NCBI GenBank assembly: GCA_964291315.2
Contig: OZ219753.1
Location: forward strand, 992,001 to 1,056,000
DNA from: Candidatus Poribacteria bacterium
GTDB taxonomy: Bacteria; Poribacteria; WGA-4E; WGA-3G
Direction: 5' to 3'
Length of the DNA stretch: 64,000 bases
Part shown: one piece after another, positions 46,891 to 56,986 of the stretch
Position numbering within the stretch: the first letter of the stretch is position 1
Layout: every line of letters begins with the position of its first letter
Translations under genes and position numbers: made by a program
Notes under the pieces: generated by a model
Databases searched by the model: none
What the model was told of the DNA's origin: nothing
Seen by the model: the letters and a program-made list of their open reading frames with translations, nothing else

Positions 46891-47448
46891 CTACGCTTCG
46901 GATGTTTCTGCCGCTGGTGTTTTTTTTTCGTGGTGAGGCGCTGGAGACGAGGCGAAACTGTCCCATCCGGCTTTGATACCTTGCCACATGCCGACGATAT
47001 CAGCTAGCGAAACTGCTAATTGGTTTCGGAAAAAAGTGGCTTGTTCGATTGTTTGCCCGGAGAAATTGCCGACTTTTTGAACCAATTCTTGAAGTTCCTG
47101 AATACTTTGATTTAGTGCCTCGCTCATTTCTTGGATATTATGTACGGTTGGTTGAATCTCAGATTCGCTGATTTTCTGCAAAGAGGCGGTCAATCCGTTT
47201 AGATTTTGCAGCAATCCTGGTAGTTCTTTATTGACTTCTTTGACAGTCTTATCGACATCTGATATCAATTCAGCGATTTCTTGGTTGAGGATACTTTCCG
47301 TGGAATTTAAAGTGTTTCGGATACTATTCAGCGAGTTGGAGAGGTTACCAATTGCTGCGCATAGATAGCCTGCTAGGGCTGTAAGTGCGAGTAGCAAAAC
47401 ACCGAGACCAAATTTCCAAAAAATTGAGGCAACAACACTCCACTCCAT
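46891..47448 (-). CDS. DUF948/YtxG-like membrane-anchored coiled-coil protein
   Basis: N-terminal TM followed by heptad repeats; directly upstream of the YtxH gene, as in the ytxG-ytxH pair. Confidence 0.65.
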   Translation of the reverse strand: MEWSVVASIFWKFGLGVLLLALTALAGYLCAAIGNLSNSLNSIRNTLNSTESILNQEIAELISDVDKTVKEVNKELPGLLQNLNGLTASLQKISESEIQPTVHNIQEMSEALNQSIQELQELVQKVGNFSGQTIEQATFFRNQLAVSLADIVGMWQGIKAGWDSFASSPAPHHEKKTPAAETSEA

Positions 47449-47518
47449 AACTTCTCCTTTATATATATATTATAGCCACGTCTTTTTTTCTGCTGTAAAA
47501 GGCGTGGTGTCTGCATGT

Positions 47519-50175
47519 TCAAATTTCAACGTGTTTCTTGACAATTTCGGGGGCAGCAGCGATTGCGGCGTTGACTTTGCTTGTATTTTTGCTGCCTCCT
47601 TGTGCGAGCTCGGGATGCCCGCCGCCGCGGCCGTCTGCGAGTTGGGTTAGCTCGGAGATGATTTTACCGGCATGCAACCCGCGATTTTTCACAATGTCGG
47701 GAGTTACCCCGACTACGAACGCTGCGCTGTCTCCTGTGACAGATGCTAGTGCTACGATGCCAGATTCCAGGCGATTTTTGAGTTCATCGACGAGTCGTCG
47801 TAACCCTTCTCGCTCTGTGTTGGGCACGACTGAAGCGACGATTTGCACGTCCTGCACAATTGTGGTTTGGTCGACCAAGTTGCCGATATTAGCGAGGGCT
47901 TTCTGTTTCTTCAGTTGTTGGAGCTCCTGTTCCAGTTCTCTTTGCTCTTGGAGCAATCGTTCGATGCGTTCGGGCAAACCTGTTTTAGGCGTTTTCAACA
48001 GGTTGGCTATATTGGAAAGGAGGAGGGTGTCATCTTGGACTACTGATACTGCAGCTGTGCCGGTTAGTGCTTCAAGGCGCCTAACGCCTGCGGCAATACT
48101 ACTTTCGGCTATCAGTTTGACGAAACCGATTTCGCCGGTTGCATTGACGTGTGTGCCTCCGCATAATTCAACACTATATTCGCCGGCTTGCACGACTCGC
48201 ACAATGCTTCCGTACTGGTCTCCGAAGAGGCTAATGCCCCTGTTGCTTTTGCTTGATTTAATGGCATTTCGTTGATAGATAGCGCATCGTTTGCACGGAT
48301 CTTCTCGTTGACAAATTCTTCAATCTCGCGGAGTTGTTGTAGTGAGACGGCTTCGTAGTGTGAAAAGTCGAACCGGAGTCTGCCGGCTTCAACGAGGGAT
48401 CCTGCTTGTGCCACGTGTGTTCCGAGTACTCGTCGCAAGCCGCTGTGCAAGAGATGCGTTGCGGTGTGACTTATAGCGATGGCGCTTCTATGTGTGGTGT
48501 CAATGTGTGCGTTCACAAGCGTATATGGTTTAATTTTGCCGTTTAGCACCTGACACTTATGAACGACTAAATCGGCAGAGGGTTTGAGCGTGTTTTGTAC
48601 ATGCAGTTGTGCGCTTTGGTTTTCAATAGTGCCGACATCACCGACTTGTCCGCCGGACTCACCGTAAAAAGGGGTGCGGTTCAGGATGACGAATACTTCA
48701 TCGTCTTGTTGTGCGCTGCTGACTCGCTCGGAATCGGCAATTAAGGCGACAATTTCTGCCTGTATATTGTGTTGTGTGTAGCCGACGAATTCAGTTTCTC
48801 CATGTTCTTTGAGAATTTCGGCATAAACAGCGATTGGGTCTTGCTTTGAACGGTCTTTTAGCTGCCATGCTGCGCGTCCTTGTGCGCGTTGGGTTTCCAT
48901 GCTGTGTTCGAATCCAGCTGCGTCGACAGTGAAACCGCGTTCGCGAGCAAGCATTTGTGTCAAATCGAGCGGGAATCCGAACGTATCGTACAACTCGAAA
49001 GCGCGCTTTCCGTCAAGTTCGTTTTCCTTTTTTTCTGTGAGAGTGTTGAATGAGGTGTCAAGGAGTTCTAGTCCGCGTTCGATTGTTTGATGGAAGCGCT
49101 GTTCTTCGGTTTGAATTGTGCGGGTGATGAATTCACGGCCTGGTAGGATATCGGGGAAGACGTCTCCGAGCAATTCAATTACCTTATCGACGAGTCGGTA
49201 AATGAAGGCTTCGTTCATATTTAATTTTTTGCCGTAAAGTACAGCGCGTCGCAAGATTCGGCGGATGACGTAGCCGCGTCCTTCATTAGAGGGCATCACG
49301 CCGTCGCCAATTGCGAAGGTTAAACATCTGATGTGATCGGCGATCACTCGGTGGGGTAACCCGAGTTCGTCATCAGAATACGCAGTTTCTGTGATGTCAG
49401 AGATAGTTGACAAAAGGGGCACAAACAGGTCTGTCTTGTAGTTTGAGTCAACTGCTTGTAATATGGAGGTAATCCGTTCGAACCCCATACCTGTGTCCAC
49501 GTGTGTTGTAGGCAGGGGTTCAAGTGCGCCGTTCTTATTTCGATTGTATTGAATGAACACCAGGTTCCAGAATTCTCGGAATCTCTCGCTGGTGTTTGGG
49601 CCGGCGTTGGGATCGGATGCGGTTTCGGGGAAGGCGTCGACTCCCATATCAACAAAAAGTTCGCTGCATGGCCCGCAGGGTCCTGTTTCTCCCATTTCCC
49701 AAAAGTTATCTTTATCACAGCGGCGGATCCGCGAGAGTGGGAGGTCGGTTTCTTGCAGCCAAAGTTTTTCTGTTTCGTCGTCCTCGAGGTATATCGTTGC
49801 CCAGAGCCGCTCTGCGGGAATCTGCCAGAATTCGGTTACCAATTCCCAAGCGAATGCGATGGCTTCCTGCTTATAATAGTCCCCAAATGACCAGTTTCCA
49901 AGCATTTCGAAGAAGGTGTGATGGCTGGGCGAATGGCCGACTTCTTCAAGATCGTTGTGTTTTCCGCTGACTCGCAAACATCTTTGGGTATCAACGGCGC
50001 GTGTATACTCGCGTTGCCCGATACCTAGGAACACGTCCTTGAATTGGTTCATGCCGGCGTTGGTGAACAACAAGGTTGGGTCATCGGCAGGTATCAAGGA
50101 TGCGCTTGGGACGATTGTGTGTCCGTGTTTGCGGAAGTATTCAAGGAAACTGGTTCTAATCTCGTCTGATGTCAT
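47519..50175 (-). CDS. alaS: alanine--tRNA ligase, split by a 1-bp frameshift near 48229
   Basis: DPTLLFTNAGMNQFK, HHTFFEMLGNWSFGDY, DTGMGFER, HTATH, RLRFDFSH in ORF 48112-50175; ELCGGTHV and DHHA1 (GGG.P..AQGG) in ORF 47519-48202. Confidence 0.95.
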
Positions 50176-50349
50176 GTATAGATATTCTCCTAAGGGGCGT
50201 TTGCGGAGTGAAGCTATAGAAAGACAGTTAGGGTCTAGTTGCGTTTGGGCCGCGATATTTTGAGTCTCAAAGCGGTTAACGGTAGATTCGGTATTTCTTT
50301 AGGCTCCTCGGTTGTTGCGGGTTCTCCACATCTTATTTCTGCTATATCA

Positions 50350-50379
50350 ATTATAGTCTATTTGCCTAGATGAAGTCAA
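50350..50379 (-). promoter_or_regulatory. sigma70-type promoter for alaS
   Basis: TTGACT-N18-TATAAT. Confidence 0.6.
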
Positions 50380-50423
50380 GCCAAAAATCTGGGTAGATAG
50401 TCTTGGTAATTTGCCCCGATGTG

Positions 50424-51104
50424 TTAAAAAATTTGGTTAATGACCTGTTGCACAATTTCCGATTCAAATCCGCGCCGCGCCAAAAATCCGTGTAGTCGGC
50501 GTTTAGCGACGTGAGCTGGTAACTGGCGGTACTGTTTCATGCGTTTCTGGGCGATTTGAAGTGCGAGCTTGGTTTCTTCTGTGGTTTCTACTTGTGCGAC
50601 GACTTGTTCGGCGGTTTCGCGTTCAACGCCCTTATTGAGCAGTTCATGTTTTAGTAAGATTTTGCCGCGTGGATTGGATTTTTGCCGCCGTGCCACCCAA
50701 TTCTCGGCGTATTTTCGGTCGCGAATATGCCCTGAATCAATTAGTTCATCAATAACTGTCTGGATGGCTTTTTCCGAAAAATTTTCTGTTGCGAGTTGTT
50801 GCCTCATCTCACTTTTGGTATAGGTTTTTGGCTTTGCTATAGGCAGGGGGTTTTCTGTTTCGTCCACTGCTTGATTACTTATTTCTTCGCGGCATAATTT
50901 GAGGGCGTAGTTTTTCGCGCGCATTACTTCATCGGCTGCAATTAACTTTTCAATGACTTCGGTTTCAATCTGCAAACCGATGCGCAGCCCGAAGTTTTCA
51001 ATCAAAACGGTATGAAGGACAACAAATGGTGCGCCATTTAGGAAGATCTGGGAATATGAGGGCAATTCAGGCACTGCCTGAATATCGGTGATCTGCTGTT
51101 TCAT
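50424..51104 (-). CDS. recX: regulatory protein RecX
   Basis: D.KYAE.WV, RG...LK.EL..KGV, FLARRGF; adjacent to alaS. Confidence 0.85.
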   Translation of the reverse strand: MKQQITDIQAVPELPSYSQIFLNGAPFVVLHTVLIENFGLRIGLQIETEVIEKLIAADEVMRAKNYALKLCREEISNQAVDETENPLPIAKPKTYTKSEMRQQLATENFSEKAIQTVIDELIDSGHIRDRKYAENWVARRQKSNPRGKILLKHELLNKGVERETAEQVVAQVETTEETKLALQIAQKRMKQYRQLPAHVAKRRLHGFLARRGFESEIVQQVINQIF

Positions 51105-51256
51105 GTCTTTTTGGGGCTCTTAGGAGATCTTCATTGATAAGAAATGCAGAATGCTGTTGAGCGCGAAGTTTAGAATGTATTGTGTGAAAGCTTGCATTGC
51201 GATGACCTCGCGCTTCAACGGGACTGTATATCCGCTATAACGAAAAGTTGTAGGGC

Positions 51257-51889
51257 TTATTCGTTGTTGGTTCTGCCTGCCCAGAGTGCGCCGCGCTGCA
51301 GGAGTGTGCCAAACATTTCGTGCCGGCATGCGGCTGCATCGTGGCCGAGTGCAAGATAGAAAACTTTACCTTTCCCCCAATTTTTTGTCCATGCCACTGG
51401 TGCTGCATTGCCTTTCCACAAAGCTGATGCTAGGACATGGTTCCGGGGGTCGTAATCAAGGATGTATTGTTCGTCTGTCACGGTGAATTCGTCGAGGCCT
51501 TCTGTGATTTCATGGTCGGTATCGACGATGCTGACTTGGTAGTCTCGGTAGCGCGGGTGTGTGACAAAATGTCCGCCTACCATTGAACGATATTCTGGAC
51601 ACTCGCGGAATGAATCGGCTGCAGAGTGTACGCCGACATAGCCTTTGCCTGAAGCGATATGGTTGAGCAGACCGTTCTTTTGAGCGTCTGAAATCTCACC
51701 TATAGTGTAATAGAAAACGATGAGATCGTAGGGGTCTAAATTCGGTGAGACGAGGGTGTCGAGGTCTTGTTCGACTCTAGTAATATGAAATTCATCTCGC
51801 TGTGAAAGGGTTTTCACGATTTCATCACTGCACCCTTTCCAGTCGTGAATTGCGCCCCCTGCAAAAACGAGTGTGTTAATTTTTGCCAT
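51257..51889 (-). CDS. ThuA-like domain protein
   Basis: HDW, GKGYVGVHSA.D, GGHFVTHP, DEQY, GKGKVFY.ALGHD. Confidence 0.88.
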   Translation of the reverse strand: MAKINTLVFAGGAIHDWKGCSDEIVKTLSQRDEFHITRVEQDLDTLVSPNLDPYDLIVFYYTIGEISDAQKNGLLNHIASGKGYVGVHSAADSFRECPEYRSMVGGHFVTHPRYRDYQVSIVDTDHEITEGLDEFTVTDEQYILDYDPRNHVLASALWKGNAAPVAWTKNWGKGKVFYLALGHDAAACRHEMFGTLLQRGALWAGRTNNE

Positions 51890-51919
51890 TCGTTGGCCTC
51901 CTAGTTATGTGATATTGGT

Positions 51920-51949
51920 ATTATATCATGTGTGTAGAGATACGGTCAA
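51920..51949 (-). promoter_or_regulatory. sigma70-type promoter
   Basis: TTGACC-N18-TATAAT with TGn. Confidence 0.65.
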
Positions 51950-51963
51950 CTTTTTTCGTGAAT

Positions 51964-51992
51964 TTGCACAACCCTATGTGGTGTGGTATAAT
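51964..51992 (+). promoter_or_regulatory. sigma70-type promoter for coaD
   Basis: TTGCAC-N17-TATAAT with TGn. Confidence 0.65.
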
Positions 51993-52047
51993 GGTAGGGT
52001 GTTTTGGAGCGTTTTTGTCCACTTTTTTTGCGACGATAGGAGGCTAT

Positions 52048-52560
52048 ATGCCGAAAAAAATCGCCATATTTCCAGCGAGTTTTGATCCCGTTACAAATGG
52101 GCACATTGACCTTATTGATCGGATTTGCAATCTCGGTATCTTTGATGAGCTTATAGTGGCTATAGGTGTCAATCCTGCTAAGCCTGCGCGTTTCACGTTT
52201 GAGGAACGCACCGAGATGCTTGGGGTGGTTATTGAACCGTATCCGCAGGCGACGATTGATGGTTATACTGGGTTAACAGTTCATTATGCGCAGGCGCGTG
52301 GGGCGTGCACGATTGTTCGGGGTCTCCGCGCGGTTTCCGATTTTGAATGGGAGTTCAAGATGGCGCGGATGAATCAGCAGATTGCGCCGGATGTTGATAC
52401 CCTCTTCATGATGGCGAATACGAGATATGCATATATCAGTTCTACCCTGGTGATGGAAGTTGTGCAGATGGCGCAGCAGGGGTTAAACGCAGAGAAATTG
52501 GCGGAGATAGTGCCGGAAATTGTAGTTGAATTTATCAAGAAAAAATTTGGAATCTCGTAA
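52048..52560 (+). CDS. coaD: pantetheine-phosphate adenylyltransferase
   Basis: IFPASFDPVTNGH, IVRGLRAVSDFE, ISST; AGGAGG before ATG 52048. Confidence 0.93.
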   Translation: MPKKIAIFPASFDPVTNGHIDLIDRICNLGIFDELIVAIGVNPAKPARFTFEERTEMLGVVIEPYPQATIDGYTGLTVHYAQARGACTIVRGLRAVSDFEWEFKMARMNQQIAPDVDTLFMMANTRYAYISSTLVMEVVQMAQQGLNAEKLAEIVPEIVVEFIKKKFGIS

Positions 52561-52604
52561 ATTGTAGGGGCAGTTTTCAACTATGCTCTTTACATGCTGG
52601 TTGT

Positions 52605-54932
52605 TTAGAATCGGTTGTCTAGACTTAAGCTCACGTTGAAACCTGGTGAATTTATACCTGAACCGTGTTGCCGGTACCGTTTATCAAGTAGATTATCGAG
52701 CGATAGTGTCAAACGTGTATAATCAAAAATCTTGATTCCACTGCGAATGTTGAGTGTCCACCATCCTGGGGTTCCGGCATCTGTAGCGTTTCCGTTGGAG
52801 TCAAAGTTAACTGTTGCTGGGTCGCGCGTAGTTCCCTGTATGCGCGGGTCTCGGATATCGCTTCTGTTTAAACGTCTCTGTTCAGCTGCTGCCCGCACGA
52901 AAAAGACTGCCCAGTAAGGCGTGTTTAAAGGATCCCATTGGATTCCAAGGATGCCGTTGAATGGGGGTTCTCTACGGATTCGTGCTTCCCATGGCTTACT
53001 CGGATCTGGTGCTTCTCCTGCAACCTTGAGAATTTCGCCCTGTAGCAATGCGGCATTGCCAAAGGCCGAAAAACCGGATTGGATTGGAATAATGCCTGCT
53101 AATTCGAACCCTAGAAGCTGGGCTTGATCGATATTATCAAAGACGAGTACGTCAATATCGTCGTACTGTCTGATTAGGTCTTGATGGAGTTGCGGTATCT
53201 CTTGATCTTCGTATGCTTGTTGAACAGGTTTGCGTCCCACTAAGCCGTTCACCTGGCTGTAGAACAGCGTTAAGGTGCCGCTGAAGTAGGAATGCTGTGC
53301 CTTAAAACCGGCTTCAACTGTCCACGAAGTTTCTGGTTTCAGGTCGGGGCTCGGTGCGGTGACTCCTTCGTTTGTAACTTCTACTGCGGTTGTGTCATTT
53401 AGAGAGGGTGCGCGAAAAGCGGTTCCAAAGGTGCTGACGAAGTTCAGGTATTCCGTTAAACCGACGACGACTCCGGCGCTTCCTGTGAAGCTGTTGTCGA
53501 ATACATTGAACTCGTCAAAGGCTGGATCTCGGGCAGAAAGGTCTGCATGGGTTTGATAAACCGTAGCGCGGCCGCCGAGTATGAGTTCAATGCGGTCATG
53601 TATTGTAATTTCATCTTGAAGGTACACACTTGCGTCCCAGAACTGAGAGCCGCTAATAAATCGCCCCTTGCTTTCATCAATATTTTGTATGCCTTTATCG
53701 GTTTTGACGGTATGCCCCTGTATTGTATCGAAATAGAATTCGGCTCCCGCAATCAAACGTTGCCGGGGAAGGATGGAGCTGGCAGCTTGTGCTGTTAAGC
53801 CTATGGTGTTAACAGTATCATGTCGCTGTCGTCGGGCTGTTGCTCCTCGTATCACCTCGTTTCGTCCCTCTTTTTGGCGGTGATAAGAGGCTGTTACTCG
53901 GATGGTGTCAAGGTTCGCTGGTCGGGGGTTAACTATATAATTGGCATAAAGGAGGTCCCGGTTTTGAGGTTCAAAGAAGAATTCTGCAAACTCTTGTGGT
54001 GCGATTTTATCGTACCGCGGTGTTTGGGGTTGTCTCCACATTTGGTAAGCAAAGCTGATTCTGCTTGTATCGTTAATTTGATATCCGAGTTTTGCGTTAG
54101 CGTCGTAGGCTCGCCAGGCTAAGGGTCCCTCACTGTCAATAAGCCATTTGTCGGGGATGTTATCTTTTTCTATTGCGTTTACCTCATCATAGGCGTAGAG
54201 CTGCACCCCGGCGGGTATATTGTCCACTATTTCATACTTCCGATTTTTGTAGTGGAGGTTGTATCCTCTGCCTGGGTCTACGTCTCCGTAGAATCGTACG
54301 CCCCCGCTGGCAATAAATCCGAATCGGCCTTGGTTTCCTGTTACCTCCAAGCGGCTGAGCCGTTCTTGTGTAGCGGTTGAATAGCGGGCCAGGAGTCTGG
54401 GTTGTATGGCCCAGGTTTTTTGTGATAGATCAATCGGCATGTCTTTCGTAAAGAAACTGACAACGCCGCCCATTGCCCCGCTTCCATACAGCGTGGAACT
54501 TGAACCGAGCAGCACTTCTGCGCGATCTAATATTTCTGGGGCGATGGTTGCTGTGTATTGATTTGGTCCCGAACGAAATGTTGAATTATTGAGGCGGACC
54601 CAATCAACTTGTATTAGGCTTTGGTAACCGGTTAAGCTCCGGAGCATGGGTGAACCTTGTCCGACTGTTGTCTCTTGTGCGATTACGCCGACGGAGTCAC
54701 GGAGTAGGTTGGATGCGTGTTCTGCGTTGCTTCGTTCTAATTGACTTAAGTTAAGGACACTAACAGAATTAGGTGTATCGAATAGTTCTTTCTTAGCCCG
54801 GGTGGCTGTAACGTTTATCTTCTCCAGTGTGACAATTTCATCGTCTCTCCTGTTTTCTGCAGCCGCCCATGGGGTCCAATTCATCAACAGGCTTAAATTT
54901 ATTGTAAAAAAAATATAAAACAATTTTTTCAT
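52605..54932 (-). CDS. TonB-dependent outer-membrane receptor
   Basis: TonB box LEKINVTATR, plug 'S.LYGSGAMGGVV', FRAPSL, LKPE, DNLLDKRY, terminal Phe. Confidence 0.92.
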   Translation of the reverse strand: MKKLFYIFFTINLSLLMNWTPWAAAENRRDDEIVTLEKINVTATRAKKELFDTPNSVSVLNLSQLERSNAEHASNLLRDSVGVIAQETTVGQGSPMLRSLTGYQSLIQVDWVRLNNSTFRSGPNQYTATIAPEILDRAEVLLGSSSTLYGSGAMGGVVSFFTKDMPIDLSQKTWAIQPRLLARYSTATQERLSRLEVTGNQGRFGFIASGGVRFYGDVDPGRGYNLHYKNRKYEIVDNIPAGVQLYAYDEVNAIEKDNIPDKWLIDSEGPLAWRAYDANAKLGYQINDTSRISFAYQMWRQPQTPRYDKIAPQEFAEFFFEPQNRDLLYANYIVNPRPANLDTIRVTASYHRQKEGRNEVIRGATARRQRHDTVNTIGLTAQAASSILPRQRLIAGAEFYFDTIQGHTVKTDKGIQNIDESKGRFISGSQFWDASVYLQDEITIHDRIELILGGRATVYQTHADLSARDPAFDEFNVFDNSFTGSAGVVVGLTEYLNFVSTFGTAFRAPSLNDTTAVEVTNEGVTAPSPDLKPETSWTVEAGFKAQHSYFSGTLTLFYSQVNGLVGRKPVQQAYEDQEIPQLHQDLIRQYDDIDVLVFDNIDQAQLLGFELAGIIPIQSGFSAFGNAALLQGEILKVAGEAPDPSKPWEARIRREPPFNGILGIQWDPLNTPYWAVFFVRAAAEQRRLNRSDIRDPRIQGTTRDPATVNFDSNGNATDAGTPGWWTLNIRSGIKIFDYTRLTLSLDNLLDKRYRQHGSGINSPGFNVSLSLDNRF

Positions 54933-54974
54933 CGCAAATTTCTCCTTTCTTCATGAGCTTTAGCTAAGGGTTAT

Positions 54975-54990
54975 AGCAAATCGCGTGCCA
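54975..54990 (-). promoter_or_regulatory. sigma54 (-24/-12) promoter
   Basis: TGGCAC-GCGAT-TTGCT on the minus strand, 43 nt upstream of the TonB receptor start. Confidence 0.8.
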
Positions 54991-55125
54991 TTGACGCGTT
55001 TTGGCTAAACTAGGGCGATTTAGATAGATTTTCGCCATAATCTGTTCAGGGCTGTTCATTTTTTGAACGTTTTACGATTCATTGTTGGGTATCGCGAGTG
55101 CACCTGATCGTAATAAAATTAAGGC

Positions 55126-55154
55126 TTGCGTTTTTATCAGTGATCTGATAGTCT
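55126..55154 (+). promoter_or_regulatory. promoter with an overlapping palindromic operator
   Basis: TTGCGT-N17-TAGTCT; TATCAG-N4-CTGATA at 55135-55150. Confidence 0.5.
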
Positions 55155-55203
55155 ATAGATCAAGGTTTAAGTTATAGGAGCGATAATAGATTCAGGAGCG
55201 CTT

Positions 55204-56205
55204 ATGCGAAAACAGAAATTAAATTTTGCCTTCATTGGATGTGGTGGTAATGCCCGTGGCCATGGACGGGTCGTGTCGAGTGTTGAGAACGTAGAAATTG
55301 TTGCGCTTGCGGATCCGAGTGCTGGTTCGCTTGATGCGTTCAAGGATCATGTTGGCTTGGCTGCCTCTGTTCCGGCCTATTCTGACCATGCTGAGATGTT
55401 AGCGGCTTCTAATCCGGACGCTGTTGTTATTAGTTCGCCGCACGGTTTGCATTTCCAACACATTATGGATTCGCTTGATGCTGGGTGCCATGTGCATACG
55501 GAAAAGCCGATGGTCTGCACGGTAGATCACGCCAAACGGGTGATAGCGAAAGTAGAGGAGACCGGCTTGCACCTGATGATAGGTTACCAGCGGCATTTGA
55601 GTCCTGCGTATCGATACTGCCGTAAAGTTGTCCAGAGTGGTGAGCTCGGACGGGTTAATTTTGTTGCTGCCCAGCAATCACAGAATTGGTATCGGAATCA
55701 ACGAGGCAAATGGCGCCAGGATCCGTTTCTCGGCGGTGGTGGTCAGTTGAACGATTCGGGAAGTCATCTCATTGACATTCTTCTTTGGGTGCTGGAGGCG
55801 AGTCCGGATATCGTTTTTGCGATGATCGACAACTTGGATATTGAGGTAGATGTTCTCACGGCAATGTCGATTAAGTTCGATACGGGTGCTTTGTGTAACA
55901 TCAGTATCGTTGGGCATGCCTACGGCGGGGTTCAAGAATCGTTTTCTATCTGGTTAGAAGAAGGTTCGCTCTATCTCCGCGATGGTCAGCTCTATCGTCA
56001 AAGACGGGAGGGTAGCTTAGAACCTGTGGATGTGTCTGAGATGCCAGCATCGGGGAACAAAGATGTTGCGTTTATTGAACTCATCCGCGGTGAGCGGACA
56101 GAAAATCCGATCGGTGTTGAGAATGGTTTGCGCGTTATCCAATTAACCGAGGCTGCGTGGCAATCCGCTGCGTTGGGTAGATCCGTCAAAGTTGATCTGA
56201 ATTGA
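55204..56205 (+). CDS. Gfo/Idh/MocA oxidoreductase
   Basis: IGCGG.A..H, TEKPM, GGGQLNDSGSH.ID. Confidence 0.9.
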   Translation: MRKQKLNFAFIGCGGNARGHGRVVSSVENVEIVALADPSAGSLDAFKDHVGLAASVPAYSDHAEMLAASNPDAVVISSPHGLHFQHIMDSLDAGCHVHTEKPMVCTVDHAKRVIAKVEETGLHLMIGYQRHLSPAYRYCRKVVQSGELGRVNFVAAQQSQNWYRNQRGKWRQDPFLGGGGQLNDSGSHLIDILLWVLEASPDIVFAMIDNLDIEVDVLTAMSIKFDTGALCNISIVGHAYGGVQESFSIWLEEGSLYLRDGQLYRQRREGSLEPVDVSEMPASGNKDVAFIELIRGERTENPIGVENGLRVIQLTEAAWQSAALGRSVKVDLN

Positions 56206-56209
56206 GCTA

Positions 56210-56986
56210 ATGCTTGATGTCCAAAACTTGTGTAAATTTTTTGACAAAAAGTCGTATCTTGCGGAGCTCACGTTCCGAGTGGCGCCTGGGGAGTGCCTTA
56301 TCCTGCTGGGTAGAAATGGGGCGGGGAAGACGCTCTTGCTCAACATTTTAGCAACTTTGGTTGAACCGACCTCGGGCGGTGTTTCTATTTCTGGCGTTGA
56401 CGCGTTTGCAAATTTGAAACAGGTGCGTCCGTCTATCGGTTATATTCCTGTCATGTTTGAGGGGTATCCTGATCTATCAGTAGAGGCGTATCTGAATTTT
56501 TTCGCTGCTGCATATAGATTAAACAGGCGTGAGCGTGGTCCCGCGATTAAGGCTGTGCTGGAACTCATGGACATCGAACACTTGGGCGATGTTAAGACGG
56601 GTATGCTATCAATAGGTGAGCGTCAGCGGCTTTTGTTCGCCAAAACTTTCCTACATGAACCCCAGTTATGGTTGCTGGATGAGCCCCTCAGTGCTCTTGA
56701 TCCGAGCGGTCAGGCTGAAATGGTTGAGCTGCTTGGTGAGCTGCGAGCCATGGGGAAAACGGTAGTGATTGCTACTAACCGGCTTGAGGATGTTCCAGGC
56801 TTGTGTGGGTCTGAACTTCAAAACAGGACATTTATCGGAATTCTGAATGGTGGGCGATTTGTTGTATTTAATACGTTTCGCAAGTTGCGGGAGGAGAGCG
56901 CTGATGTTAATATTGCACAGACTGGTTCGTCCAATTGGTTGAATGCACTTTTTCTAGAGGTAACAAAAACAGAATGTCAGATATAA
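56210..56986 (+). CDS. ABC ATP-binding protein (ABC-2 exporter type)
   Basis: GRNGAGKT, LSIGERQR, LLDEP. Confidence 0.85.
   Translation: MLDVQNLCKFFDKKSYLAELTFRVAPGECLILLGRNGAGKTLLLNILATLVEPTSGGVSISGVDAFANLKQVRPSIGYIPVMFEGYPDLSVEAYLNFFAAAYRLNRRERGPAIKAVLELMDIEHLGDVKTGMLSIGERQRLLFAKTFLHEPQLWLLDEPLSALDPSGQAEMVELLGELRAMGKTVVIATNRLEDVPGLCGSELQNRTFIGILNGGRFVVFNTFRKLREESADVNIAQTGSSNWLNALFLEVTKTECQI

Noticed and set aside
48200-48260. Programmed ribosomal frameshift in alaS
   Set aside because: No slippery sequence or stimulatory structure; a single missing C in a short run explains it.
46270-48275. Long antisense ORFs (e.g. 46270-46716 +, 47538-48275 +, also 25485-26153 +, 57892-58476 -)
   Set aside because: Shadow frames opposite well-supported genes, with no motifs.
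50176-50345. T-box leader for alaS
   Set aside because: No T-box consensus (GGTGGNACCGCG) or antiterminator/terminator pair.
51928-52047. N-terminal extensions in the ORF track (coaD, 29561 ABC ATPase, 7914, 27483, 56935)
   Set aside because: The extensions overlap promoters or upstream genes, or lack an RBS; the downstream starts fit the RBS and/or family N-termini better.
52564-52590. GTAG-led REP-like hairpin (GTAGGGGCAGTTTTCAACTATGCTC)
   Set aside because: A single degenerate copy with no clear repeat family or RAYT transposase in the window.
54933-55100. Cobalamin riboswitch before the TonB receptors (also checked 2211-2400)
   Set aside because: No GGGAA, ACTG or B12-box elements in the right arrangement; the second leader is too short.
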